A stretch of 32,000 nt of DNA from Mycolicibacterium smegmatis. GTDB lineage: Bacteria > Actinomycetota > Actinomycetes > Mycobacteriales > Mycobacteriaceae. The position numbers and the translations under genes are program-made. Shown here one piece after another: positions 1 to 8,949 of this stretch (its first letter is position 1; each line of letters opens with the position of its first letter). The DNA lies in contig NZ_LN831039.1 of assembly GCF_001457595.1 (NCBI RefSeq), positions 930,001 to 962,000 on the forward strand. Direction: 5' to 3'. The notes under the pieces were generated by a model, which was not told the DNA's origin, ran no database searches, and saw only the letters and a program-made list of their open reading frames with translations.

Positions 1-1
1 C

Positions 2-88
2 GCCGTCGCCTTCGCGGTGGGCACCTACGCGCTGTCCACCGACGGGCCCAACGGCGTCCCAGGACGTGACCAGAGAAAGCGCAGCTGA
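2..88 (+). CDS. C-terminal end of an upstream protein, function unknown (partial)
   Basis: Frame 2 reads ...[28 protein letters not shown] with almost exclusively G/C third positions, ending TGA at 86-88; truncated by the window start. Confidence 0.55.
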   Translation, partial: AVAFAVGTYALSTDGPNGVPGRDQRKRS

Positions 89-159
89 CACACCATTTCT
101 TGACAGCTACTTGGCAGTTCGGAATTGAACCAGGGTGCGGCATAACCCGTGTTAGGGGT

Positions 160-1248
160 ATGGAAAACACCGCCTTCACGCCGTCGGGCACTTGCACCAT
201 TGCAGGCGTTCACGGTGTACTCCCGCCCCACCGTTACACGCAGGCCGAGGTCACCGAGGCCCTACTCGACCTGCCCGGATATGCCGATTTCGAAGGCATC
301 GTCCGGTCGCTGCACAAAAGTGCAAAAGTGAACAGCCGATATCTGACGCTTCCGCTCGAGGAATACGCCGCACTCGACGATTTCGGTGAAACGAACGGTT
401 TGTTCATCGAACACGCCACCGAATTGGGCTGCGCCGCCCTGACGGGTGCGCTCGACGAGGCGGGCCTGCGCCCCGAGGACGTCGACCTGATCATCACCAC
501 CACCGTCACCGGCGCGGTGGTCCCGTCGCTCGACGCCCGCATCGCCGGGCGCGTCGGGCTACGGCCCGATGTGCGGCGCGTCCCGATCTTCGGGCTCGGG
601 TGCGTCGCCGGCGCGGCCGGGGTTGCACGGCTCAACGACTACCTGCGCGGCGCCCCGGACAAGGTCGCCGTCCTGGTGTCGGTCGAACTGTGTTCGCTGA
701 CGCACAAGCACACACCGTCGATGCCGACCCTGGTGGCCGGGGCCCTGTTCGGCGACGGCGCCTCGGCCGTCGTCGCCGTCGGCGCCGGGCGCGCCGAACA
801 ACTCGACCCCATCGGTCCCGACGTCCTGGACTCCCGCAGCCACCTGTACCCGGACTCGCTGCACGCGATGGGATGGGACATCGGCACCAAGGGATTCGAG
901 ATCGTCCTGAGCGCCGAGGTGCCCGGTTTCGTGGGCCGTTACCTGGGTGACGACGTCACCGAGTTCCTCGGTGAGCACGGAGTGGCCACCGACGACGTCA
1001 GCGCGTGGGTGAGCCACCCGGGCGGGCCGAAGGTGATCGAGGCGATCATCGAGACACTGGACCTGCCTTCGGACGCACTGGATCTCACGTGGCAGTCGCT
1101 CGCCGAGGTGGGCAACCTCTCGTCGTCGTCGGTGCTGCACGTGCTGCGCGACACGATCCGCAAACGCCCACCCGCAGGAACGCCGGGTGTGCTGATGGCC
1201 ATGGGACCCGGCTTCTGCTCCGAACTCGTCCTGCTGCGGTGGCGTTGA
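160..1248 (+). CDS. Type III polyketide synthase (chalcone/stilbene synthase-like)
   Basis: The ORF opens at 100; an in-frame ATG at 160 precedes the conserved N-terminus ([15 protein letters not shown]). Motifs include [15 protein letters not shown] (active-site Cys), SHPGGPKVI and [12 protein letters not shown], and [11 protein letters not shown]. Start codon is uncertain. Confidence 0.93.
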   Translation: MENTAFTPSGTCTIAGVHGVLPPHRYTQAEVTEALLDLPGYADFEGIVRSLHKSAKVNSRYLTLPLEEYAALDDFGETNGLFIEHATELGCAALTGALDEAGLRPEDVDLIITTTVTGAVVPSLDARIAGRVGLRPDVRRVPIFGLGCVAGAAGVARLNDYLRGAPDKVAVLVSVELCSLTHKHTPSMPTLVAGALFGDGASAVVAVGAGRAEQLDPIGPDVLDSRSHLYPDSLHAMGWDIGTKGFEIVLSAEVPGFVGRYLGDDVTEFLGEHGVATDDVSAWVSHPGGPKVIEAIIETLDLPSDALDLTWQSLAEVGNLSSSSVLHVLRDTIRKRPPAGTPGVLMAMGPGFCSELVLLRWR

Positions 1249-1751
1249 TGAAGGCATTCACAGCCCTGGTCGCCGCCGTGGCCGCCGAACGGCTCGCCGA
1301 GCTCGTGGTGTCCAAACGCAACCTCGAGTGGAGTAAGACCCACGGCGGCAAGGAGTTCGGCGCCGGCCATTACCCGGTGATGGTGGCTTTGCACACCGGC
1401 CTGCTGGCCGGTGCCGCCCTGGAGGCCCGTCGGCGCCGGGTCCGCCCGGCGCTCGGCCGGCCCATGTTCGCGGTGGTGCTCGCAGCGCAGGGCCTGCGCT
1501 GGTGGTGCATCAAAACGCTGGGGCCACAGTGGAACACCCGCGTCATCGTGGTGCCCGGCGCGACGCGGGTGCTCGCCGGGCCGTACCGATTCCTGCCGCA
1601 CCCCAACTACGTCGCGGTGGTGGCCGAAGGCGTTGCGCTGCCGCTGGTCGGCGGCGCATGGCGCACGGCGCTGGGATTCACGATCGCCAACGCGCTGCTG
1701 CTGCGGACCCGCATCCGCGTCGAGAACGACGCGCTACGTAGCCTGACATGA
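1248..1751 (+). CDS. Isoprenylcysteine carboxyl methyltransferase (ICMT)-family membrane methyltransferase
   Basis: Start ATG overlaps the upstream stop. Hydrophobic protein with ...GPYRFLPHPNYVAVVAEGVALPLVGGAW..., the typical ICMT C-terminal motif. Confidence 0.85.
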   Translation: MKAFTALVAAVAAERLAELVVSKRNLEWSKTHGGKEFGAGHYPVMVALHTGLLAGAALEARRRRVRPALGRPMFAVVLAAQGLRWWCIKTLGPQWNTRVIVVPGATRVLAGPYRFLPHPNYVAVVAEGVALPLVGGAWRTALGFTIANALLLRTRIRVENDALRSLT

Positions 1752-2776
1752 TCGATCTGCTCGTGGCTGGCGGCGGCCCGGCCGGGCTGGCCACCGCGAT
1801 ATACGCCGCGCGCGCCGGACTGGTAACAGTCGTCGTCGAACCACGACCCGGCCCGATCGACAAGGCCTGCGGCGAAGGCCTCATGCCCCACGCCGTGCGG
1901 CAACTCGACCGCCTCGACGTCCACCCCGATGGCCGGGCGTTCCGCGGCATCCGCTACCTCGACGGCAGGCACACCGCTGAGGCACGGTTCCGCGACGGCA
2001 ACGGACTCGGCGTGCGCCGCACGGTGCTGCACGCCGCGCTGGCCGACGCCGCTGCCGCAGCCGGGGTGCGGGTGGTGGCCGGCCAGGTGGACACCATCAT
2101 CCAGACCGCAACGACGGTGTGCGCGGCGGGTTTTCGGGCGCGCTACCTCGCGGCCGCCGACGGCCTGCACTCGCCGATCCGGCGTTCGCTGGGCCTGGCC
2201 CACGACGAGTCACCCCGGCGGCGCTGGGGAATCCGGCGGCACATCCAGATCGCGCCGTGGTCGGACTGCGTCGAGGTGTACTGGGCGCCCAACGCCCGGG
2301 TGAATGCCGAGGCGTACGTGACGCCTGTGGCCGACGACTGCGTCGGCGTCGCGGTGCTCACCTCGACCCGCGGGAGTTTCGCCGAGCACCTCGCGCAGTT
2401 CCCCGGCCTGGCGGCCCGACTCGACGGCCTTCCGCACGGACGCGACCGCGCGGCCGGGCCCCTGCTGCAGAAGGTGCGCGGCCGCGTCGCGGGCCGCGTC
2501 CTGCTGGTCGGTGACGCCGCGGGCTACATCGACGCGCTCACCGGCGAGGGCATGGGCCTGGCGTTCGGCGGCGCCGAACTGCTGGTCGACTGCGTGCGCC
2601 ACAACCGGCCCGAGGAGTACGACCGGCGGTGGCTGGCCATGACGCGACGCTACCGGTGGTTGACGGCTGCGCTGTTGCGCGGCAGCGGGATCCGGCCGGT
2701 GCGCGCCTGCATCACGCCCGTGGCGGCGGCACTGCCGGGCGTGTTCGCGCGTGCGGTCAATGCGTTGGGGGAGTAG
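1748..2776 (+). CDS. FAD-dependent oxidoreductase, geranylgeranyl reductase-like
   Basis: N-terminal GGGPAGLATAIYAARAG dinucleotide-binding motif, ACGEGLMP, and VLLVGDAAGYIDALTGEGMGLAFGGA. Overlaps the upstream gene by 4 bp. Confidence 0.88.
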   Translation: MIDLLVAGGGPAGLATAIYAARAGLVTVVVEPRPGPIDKACGEGLMPHAVRQLDRLDVHPDGRAFRGIRYLDGRHTAEARFRDGNGLGVRRTVLHAALADAAAAAGVRVVAGQVDTIIQTATTVCAAGFRARYLAAADGLHSPIRRSLGLAHDESPRRRWGIRRHIQIAPWSDCVEVYWAPNARVNAEAYVTPVADDCVGVAVLTSTRGSFAEHLAQFPGLAARLDGLPHGRDRAAGPLLQKVRGRVAGRVLLVGDAAGYIDALTGEGMGLAFGGAELLVDCVRHNRPEEYDRRWLAMTRRYRWLTAALLRGSGIRPVRACITPVAAALPGVFARAVNALGE

Positions 2777-4052
2777 GCGCCTGGTCGGCCGCTGGGCGGC
2801 GGCCCAGACCGCCGAGGGTCTCCAGCAGGCGCATACCGTGGAACACCGCCAGCGCGGCGATGGATCCGAGCGCGATGCCCGTGAAGGTCAATTCTCCGGC
2901 CTGCCAGGTGAAATCGGCGATACCGATGATGAGCGGGATGGCCGCGGTCATCTGGTTGACGGGTTTGGAGAAGTCGACGTGGTTGGTCAGCCAGATCCGC
3001 ACACCGAGGATGCCCACCAGCCCGTACAGCACGATCGTCGCGCCGCCCAGCACACCGGCCGGGATCGCCGAGATCACCGCTCCGACCTTGGGGCACAACG
3101 ACAACACGATCGCCACGACGGCCGCCACCCAGTACGCGGCGGTCGAGTAGACGCGCGTGGCGGCCATGACGCCGATGTTCTCGGCGTAGGTGGTGGTGGC
3201 CGAGCCGCCTCCGGCGCCGGCGAGCACGGTCGCCACACCGTCGGCCGCGAGCGCCCGACCGATGAGCGGATCCATGTCGGTCTTGGTCATCTGTCCCACG
3301 GACTTGACGTGCCCGATGTTCTCGGCGATCAGCGCGATCACCGCGGGCAGGAACAACGGCAGCAGACCGAGGGAGAACGTCGGGGTCTGGAACTGCGGCA
3401 AGCCCACCCACGGGGCCGCCGCGATCGCCGACGTGTCGACCTCGCCGAGGACCAGCGCCAGCAGATACCCGATCACCACGGCGCCGAAGATCGCCAGCCG
3501 GCCGATGATGCCGCGGAAGAACGCCAGCACACCGACCAACAGGACCAGCGTCACCAGACCGACCAGCGGACCCTGTTCGAAGTTGTTCTTGGCCGCGGGT
3601 GCCAGGTTGAACCCGATGAGCGCCACGATCGCGCCGGTGACCACCGGCGGCAGGACCACGTCGATCCAGTGCGTGCCCACCAGGTGCACCACCGCGCCGA
3701 CGATGATCAGCAGCACGCCCACCGCGATCAGTCCGCCGAGCGCACTGCCCGCGCCGTCGGCGGCCACGGCCGCGGTGACCGGCGCGATCACCGCGAAGCT
3801 CGACCCCAGATAGCTCGGCAACCGGTTGCCGGTGATCAGCAGGAACAGGACCGTGCCGATACCGGAGAACAGCAGGGTGGTCGACGGCGGGAAGCCCGTG
3901 AGGACCGGGACCAGGAACGTCGCACCGAACATCGCCACCACGTGCTGCGCACCGATGCCGATGGTGCGTCCCCAGTCGAGTCGCTCGCCCGGCGCGACGA
4001 CGAAGTCGTCATCGGCGCGGGACTCGACGTACTTCCAATTCAGCAAGGTCAC
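2757..4052 (-). CDS. NCS2-family uracil/xanthine permease
   Basis: 431 aa polytopic protein with GAQHVVAMFGATFLVPVLTGFPPSTTLLFSGIGT and VLFLLITGNRLPSYLGSSFAVI, a classical UraA/NCS2 signature. GTG start. Convergent 20-bp overlap with the FAD enzyme. Confidence 0.93.
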   Translation of the reverse strand: MTLLNWKYVESRADDDFVVAPGERLDWGRTIGIGAQHVVAMFGATFLVPVLTGFPPSTTLLFSGIGTVLFLLITGNRLPSYLGSSFAVIAPVTAAVAADGAGSALGGLIAVGVLLIIVGAVVHLVGTHWIDVVLPPVVTGAIVALIGFNLAPAAKNNFEQGPLVGLVTLVLLVGVLAFFRGIIGRLAIFGAVVIGYLLALVLGEVDTSAIAAAPWVGLPQFQTPTFSLGLLPLFLPAVIALIAENIGHVKSVGQMTKTDMDPLIGRALAADGVATVLAGAGGGSATTTYAENIGVMAATRVYSTAAYWVAAVVAIVLSLCPKVGAVISAIPAGVLGGATIVLYGLVGILGVRIWLTNHVDFSKPVNQMTAAIPLIIGIADFTWQAGELTFTGIALGSIAALAVFHGMRLLETLGGLGRRPAADQAPTPPTH

Positions 4053-4097
4053 GATTGAGAACTACACACCATCGGCGGCGTTTGCGCACGCGTGACG

Positions 4098-5318
4098 CTA
4101 CGAGATGCGGCGGACCCCGTAGACCACCGCGCCGGCCGCCACCACGGCCAACCCGGCCAGCACCGACGACAGCGGCAACGTGAACGCCAGCACCAGGCAC
4201 CCGACGAGGCCGACGGCGGGGATGAGACGCCGGCCCAGCGTGGCCGCCGACGCATTGGCGATCGCGTAGTACAGCAGCACCGCGAACGACGAGAAGCCGA
4301 TCGCGCCACGCAGATCCGCGACCGCGGCCAGCACGGCCACCACCACGCCGACCGTCATCTCGGCGCGGTGCGGCACGCCGAACCGCGAGTGGACGGCGCC
4401 GAGCGCCGACGGCAGATGATGGTCGCGGGCCATCGCGAGCGTCGTGCGGGACACCCCCAGGATCAGCGCGAGCAGCGAACCCAACGCGGCGATCGCGGCG
4501 CCGGCACGCACCAGGGGCTGCCACTGCCCGGCACCCACGGCCGCCACGGCGTCGGCCAGCGGCGCCGTCGCACCGGCCAGTTCGGCGCCACCCAGCACCG
4601 CGAGCACCGCGCCCGCCACCACGGCGTACACGACGAGCGTGAGACCCAGCGCGATCCGGATGGCGCGCGGGATGATCCGCGCGGGATCGCGGACCTCCTC
4701 ACCGAGGGTCGCGATGCGCGCGTAACCGGCGAACGCGAAGAACAGCAGACCCGCCGCCTGCAACACCCCGACCGCGGAGACGTCGTCGCCCAGCGACAAC
4801 CGGGCGGCATCGGCGTCACCGGAACCGAGCAGCAGCACCACCACGGTGGCCAGGATCGCGAGCACCACGGCGACGATCACCCGTGTCAGCATGGCCGACT
4901 TCTGCACCCCGACGTAGTTGACGGCGGTCAGCGCCACCACGGCGCCCACCGCGACCGCATTCGCGTGCTCGGGCCACGCGTAGCTGCCCACGGTCAGCGC
5001 CATCGCCGCGCACGAGGCGGTCTTGCCGACGACGAAACTCCAGCCCGCGAGGTAACCCCAGAAGTCGCCGAGCCGTTCGCGCCCGTAGACGTACGTGCCG
5101 CCGGACTGCGGATAGATGGCCGCCAGCCGCGCCGAGGACGTGGCGTTGCAATACGCGACTACGGCGGCGAGCGCCAGACCGATCAGCAGACCCGATCCGG
5201 CCGCCGCGGCGGCCGGGCCGATCGCGGCGAAGATGCCCGCGCCGATCATCGAGCCCAGCCCGATGGTCACGGCGTCGAAGGTTCCGAGCCTGCGCTGCAG
5301 ATCCCCGGGCGTGGACAC
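4098..5318 (-). CDS. APC-family amino acid permease
   Basis: LGTFDAVTIGLGSMIGAGIFAAIGPAAAAAG and YPQSGGTYVYGRERLGDFWGYLAGW motifs; multiple TM segments. Confidence 0.92.
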   Translation of the reverse strand: MSTPGDLQRRLGTFDAVTIGLGSMIGAGIFAAIGPAAAAAGSGLLIGLALAAVVAYCNATSSARLAAIYPQSGGTYVYGRERLGDFWGYLAGWSFVVGKTASCAAMALTVGSYAWPEHANAVAVGAVVALTAVNYVGVQKSAMLTRVIVAVVLAILATVVVLLLGSGDADAARLSLGDDVSAVGVLQAAGLLFFAFAGYARIATLGEEVRDPARIIPRAIRIALGLTLVVYAVVAGAVLAVLGGAELAGATAPLADAVAAVGAGQWQPLVRAGAAIAALGSLLALILGVSRTTLAMARDHHLPSALGAVHSRFGVPHRAEMTVGVVVAVLAAVADLRGAIGFSSFAVLLYYAIANASAATLGRRLIPAVGLVGCLVLAFTLPLSSVLAGLAVVAAGAVVYGVRRIS

Positions 5319-5333
5319 GCCCGCGATCGTAGA

Positions 5334-5660
5334 TCAGTGCGAGTCGCGTTTGGGGATGAGCGATTCGTGCGCCGAGCTGGTGGCCGCCCGGAACAGCACC
5401 GCGATGAGGGCCAGCGCGCCGGCCGCCACCACCGGGATGGTCCACAGCCGACGCGTCATCAGCGCCGAGCCGCATTTGTCGACGTATTCCGCGCCTGCCG
5501 CCTCGGCCTGCACCAGATGTTCGGAAAATGCTGTGCCGCAGGGGATCTGCATGCCGTATCGGTCGAAGTCGTCGAGGTAGACCGTCATGCTCATCAGATA
5601 CAGGCCGATGGCCAGGACGATCGCCCCGGCGATGCCCAGGTAGACCGCGCGATAGCTCAT
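5334..5660 (-). CDS. Small hypothetical membrane protein (about 2 TM segments)
   Basis: 108 aa with hydrophobic segments AVYLGIAGAIVLAIGLYLMSM and LWTIPVVAAGALALIAVLF flanking a soluble loop with two Cys. Confidence 0.75.
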   Translation of the reverse strand: MSYRAVYLGIAGAIVLAIGLYLMSMTVYLDDFDRYGMQIPCGTAFSEHLVQAEAAGAEYVDKCGSALMTRRLWTIPVVAAGALALIAVLFRAATSSAHESLIPKRDSH

Positions 5661-5837
5661 GGTTCCCCCTTCAAGTCATGCACGCATCGGAGAACAGCAG
5701 CACCGGTCAGGGCGCGATGGCCCTGAGGAACGACACCACGGCGTCGAGACTCTCCATGTTGCGCGGATGGTCGATGTTTGTGCTCGACCAGATGACGCTC
5801 ACCTATGTTAATGACCGTTCCCCATGGGTCAGGGCCT

Positions 5838-5866
5838 TTGACCGGATCGGTGGGCCCGTTTATCGT
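5838..5866 (+). promoter_or_regulatory. Putative promoter TTGACC-N17-TATCGT of the double TetR gene (leaderless)
   Basis: TTGACC at 5838-5843, 17-nt spacer, TATCGT (fits TANNNT) at 5861-5866, ATG at 5873. Confidence 0.5.
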
Positions 5867-5872
5867 GACCAC

Positions 5873-7138
5873 ATGGCGCGCACCCCGCTCGGTCCGACCA
5901 CGAGCGGTTCTGTAGCTGTGCGGCGCCGGCCCAAGGACCGAAAAGCGCAGATCGCACGGGCTTCTGCGGAGGCGTTCAGCGCGCTCGGCTATCACGGCGT
6001 GAGCATGGAGGCCATCGCGTCGCGGGTCGGGATCTCCGCGGCCGCGCTGTACCGGCACTACTCCAGTAAATACGAGCTGTTCCGCGACGCCGTGCTCAAT
6101 CTCGGGCAGCAACTCGTCGACTGCACCGCATTCGCCGACACCGCTGACGCACCCGAGAACTCCGAGGATGCCCGCGAGCAGTTGCGCCTTCTGGCCGCTG
6201 CGCTGACCGACACGTCGCTGGCCAACCGGGAATCCGGCGGCCTGTACCGCTGGGAGGCTCGTTACCTCAACGAAGACGACCAGGCGGCCCTCAACGCACA
6301 GATGCGCACCGTGCACCACCGCATCCAGCGGCCGCTGCAGCAGCTGCGTCCGGAACTGATCTCGCGCGAGCGGTGGATGCTGTCCACCGCGACGCTCAGT
6401 GTGATCGGCAGCGTCGTGGACCACCGCGGCAAACTGCCTGCCGGCCAGATCCGCGAGGTGCTCGGTGAGATCGTCGAGAGTGTGCTGGCCGCCGACCTGC
6501 CGGAACTTCCTGAACTCGGCGCCGTGGCGGCACCTGCGACGACGCCGGTGGTGAGTGCGGCCAAATACGAAGCGCTGCTGAACGAGTCGATGCGGTTGTT
6601 CAACAAGAACGGCTACCGCGACACCACGATGGAGGACATCGCGGCAGCCGTCGGCATGCCGGCCTCGGGCATCTACCGCTACTTCTCGGGCAAGGCCGAC
6701 ATCCTGGCTGCGGGCTTCCGCCGTGCGGCCGACCGCCTGTCGGCCGACATGGCCGAGATCCTCGCCGCCGGAGGCGAACCCGAGGATGTCCTCGCGGCGC
6801 TGATCGACGACTATGTGACGCGGTCCTTCGACCGTCCCGAGTTGGAGCACGTCTACTACACCGAGCGGCTCAACATGACCCCGGCGGACCAGAAGATCCT
6901 GCGTGATCTGCAGCGCTCGGCCGTCGAATCGTGGGTCAACGTCGTGATGCCGGTCCGGCCGCACTGGTCGGCCGGGCAGGCGCGCTTCGCCGTTCATGCC
7001 GCGATGGCCTTGGTGATCGACCTGGGCCGGCTCATGGGGTACCGGAACTCTGAGCAGGCCCGGGCCGTGGTGTCGACCATGGTCGATCTGGTGTTGTTGG
7101 GCCGCTACCGGTTACGGACGGCGTTGCCCGCGAGGTAG
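5873..7138 (+). CDS. TetR-family regulator with two TetR DNA-binding domains
   Basis: In-frame ATG at 5873 (ORF opens at 5528). HTH 1: AQIARASAEAFSALGYHGVSMEAIASRVGISAAALYRHYSSKYELF. HTH 2: ALLNESMRLFNKNGYRDTTMEDIAAAVGMPASGIYRYFSGKADIL. Confidence 0.9.
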   Translation: MARTPLGPTTSGSVAVRRRPKDRKAQIARASAEAFSALGYHGVSMEAIASRVGISAAALYRHYSSKYELFRDAVLNLGQQLVDCTAFADTADAPENSEDAREQLRLLAAALTDTSLANRESGGLYRWEARYLNEDDQAALNAQMRTVHHRIQRPLQQLRPELISRERWMLSTATLSVIGSVVDHRGKLPAGQIREVLGEIVESVLAADLPELPELGAVAAPATTPVVSAAKYEALLNESMRLFNKNGYRDTTMEDIAAAVGMPASGIYRYFSGKADILAAGFRRAADRLSADMAEILAAGGEPEDVLAALIDDYVTRSFDRPELEHVYYTERLNMTPADQKILRDLQRSAVESWVNVVMPVRPHWSAGQARFAVHAAMALVIDLGRLMGYRNSEQARAVVSTMVDLVLLGRYRLRTALPAR

Positions 7139-7377
7139 GTGAGATAGCCGACGGCGCCGACGGCCCCGATGCGCCGCGTCTTGGATGCGCTCAGCGCCAG
7201 GCCCAGCGCGGTCTCGATGCCGCCGTTGGTGTAGATGTGCTTGCGGGTGTCGCGCGGGAAGGCCGGCTTGGTGATCGACTCGAACAGTTGCGGCTTGGCG
7301 AAGTGGGCGACGCCGACGCCCGCCAGGCCGAGACCGGCGAGTTTGGCCAGCGTGGAGTTCTTCTTCTCTCGTGCCAC
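7105..7377 (-). CDS. Small hypothetical membrane protein
   Basis: VAREKKNSTLAKLAGLGLAGVGVAHFAKPQLFESITKPAFPRDTRKHIYTNGGIETALGLAL...; GTG start at 7377 preceded by AGAGAGG. The longer ORF runs to 7401. Confidence 0.75.
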   Translation of the reverse strand: MAREKKNSTLAKLAGLGLAGVGVAHFAKPQLFESITKPAFPRDTRKHIYTNGGIETALGLALSASKTRRIGAVGAVGYLTYLAGNAVRNR

Positions 7378-7393
7378 GGATGATCCTCTCTGA

Positions 7394-8878
7394 TCAGGCA
7401 AAGGTGTAGTCGCTCAACGGGAATCGTGAGGCTTCCGTGACGGCCCTGCGGGTCGTCATCGGCCTGAGCAGCGTTGCCTCGCCGCTCGGATTGAAATAGT
7501 ACGACCGTGCCGATGCACAGTTGCCGAGGGTGAACAGCGAATCGCCGAGCGCGTCGGTCATCCGGTCGAGGTACCGCCGGTTGGCCTCCTCGGTGACCTC
7601 GAAGGTCCGCGCGTCACGGCGCGCCACCTCGCCGAGCAAGCGCTCCATGAGCCGCATCTGGTATTCCATGGTGTTGAAGAAGTTCAGGCCCAGGAACGCA
7701 TACGGTCCGGCCAGGCTGAGGTAGTTGGGGAAGTACGGCATCGAGACTCCCTGATATGCCTGGAATCTGGTCTCGCGCCACCATTTGCCGAGGTCGCGTC
7801 CCTGCCTGCCGATCACCTCGATCGCGGGGAAATTGGCCTCCCACAGGTCGAAACCGGTCGCGAGCACCAGGGTGTCGATCACGGTCTTGCTGCCGTCGGC
7901 GTTGACGATCCCGTCGGGCTCGACGTGGTCGATTCCGTCGGCCTGCAGATGCACGTGCGGTTTGGTGAACGTCCGGTAGTAGCTGTTGGAGAATGTGGGC
8001 CGCTTGCAACCGAAGTCGTAGTCCGGCGTGAGTTTGCTGCGCAGGTCCGGGTCACGGATCGATGCCGCCAGGTGCAGCCGGCCCAGATCCGCCGCGGCGA
8101 TGTTGAGCCGACGGAAGTACCGGTGCTTGAGCACCGCGGTGTCGACCATGAACGCGTAGATGGCGTCGGTGATCGCGCGCACCACGCGCTGGGTCAGCGG
8201 GACGCGCGCGAACAGCGCCCTGACCGCCGGCGGGAACCGCACGTCGACCTTGGGCACCACCCAGATCGGCGTGCGCTGGTAGACCGTCAGCTCGGCGACC
8301 CGCTCGGCCAGTTCAGGGATGAGCTGCACCGCGGTGGCGCCAGTGCCGACGACGGCGGCGCGGCGGCCGTACAGCGAGTACCCGTCGTCCCAGTCGGTGG
8401 TGTGGATGATCTTGCCGTCGAATTCGGTGATGCCCGGAATGTCGGGTGTGTGCGGCTGGGACAGGAACCCGGTGGCGGTGATCAGGAAACGCGCCTGCAG
8501 TTGCTCACCGTCGGTCAGGGACACCTGCCACACGTTGTCGTCCTCGTCCCAGCGGGCCCCGGTGACGGTGGTGCCGAAGCGGATGTGGCGGCGCACGTCG
8601 TACTTGTCGGCGACATCATCGGCGTATCGCTTGATCTCCCTGCCGGTCGAGAACAGCCGTGACCAGGACGGATTGGGTTCGAAGAAATACGAGTACGTGG
8701 TGGTGGGCACGTCGACGGCCAGCCCGGGGTAGTGGTTGACGTACCAGGTGCCGCCCAGGTCGTCCTCGCGCTCCAGGATCACGAAGTCGTCGAACGACAT
8801 CTTCTTGAGCTGGATCGCCGCACCGAGCCCGGCAAATCCTGCCCCGACGATCACCGCGTCGTGCACCACCGGTCGCAT
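7394..8878 (-). CDS. FAD-dependent monooxygenase / Baeyer-Villiger-like oxidoreductase
   Basis: VIVGAGFAGLGAAIQL, LGGTWYVNHYPGLAVDVPTTTYSY, AAVVGTGATAVQLIPELA, and LVLATGF motifs. Confidence 0.9.
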   Translation of the reverse strand: MRPVVHDAVIVGAGFAGLGAAIQLKKMSFDDFVILEREDDLGGTWYVNHYPGLAVDVPTTTYSYFFEPNPSWSRLFSTGREIKRYADDVADKYDVRRHIRFGTTVTGARWDEDDNVWQVSLTDGEQLQARFLITATGFLSQPHTPDIPGITEFDGKIIHTTDWDDGYSLYGRRAAVVGTGATAVQLIPELAERVAELTVYQRTPIWVVPKVDVRFPPAVRALFARVPLTQRVVRAITDAIYAFMVDTAVLKHRYFRRLNIAAADLGRLHLAASIRDPDLRSKLTPDYDFGCKRPTFSNSYYRTFTKPHVHLQADGIDHVEPDGIVNADGSKTVIDTLVLATGFDLWEANFPAIEVIGRQGRDLGKWWRETRFQAYQGVSMPYFPNYLSLAGPYAFLGLNFFNTMEYQMRLMERLLGEVARRDARTFEVTEEANRRYLDRMTDALGDSLFTLGNCASARSYYFNPSGEATLLRPMTTRRAVTEASRFPLSDYTFA

Positions 8879-8949
8879 GCGCCAGACAGTACCGCAGGTA
8901 CTGGGTACTTTGTCGAGACCTCCGGGCGAAACGGGGTAATGATGCGGGC

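Noticed and set aside
100-128. TTGACA at 100-105 as a promoter for the PKS gene
   Set aside because: The -35 is perfect, but the 17-18 nt spaced hexamers (AATTGA/ATTGAA) do not fit TANNNT. Too weak to call as a promoter.
156-161. GGGTAT matching a SigF -10 element
   Set aside because: It overlaps the proposed ATG at 160, with no convincing GTTT at the right spacing. It would only make sense if the PKS started downstream.
2751-5726. Long plus-strand ORFs at 2751-4058 and 4092-5726
   Set aside because: These are antisense to clear NCS2 and APC permeases. Their translations are Arg/His/Asp/Gln-rich shadow sequence typical of GC3-biased antisense frames.
5657-6997. Minus-strand 446-aa ORF opposite the TetR gene
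   Set aside because: Shadow ORF of the high-GC codon bias; the plus strand encodes recognisable TetR motifs.
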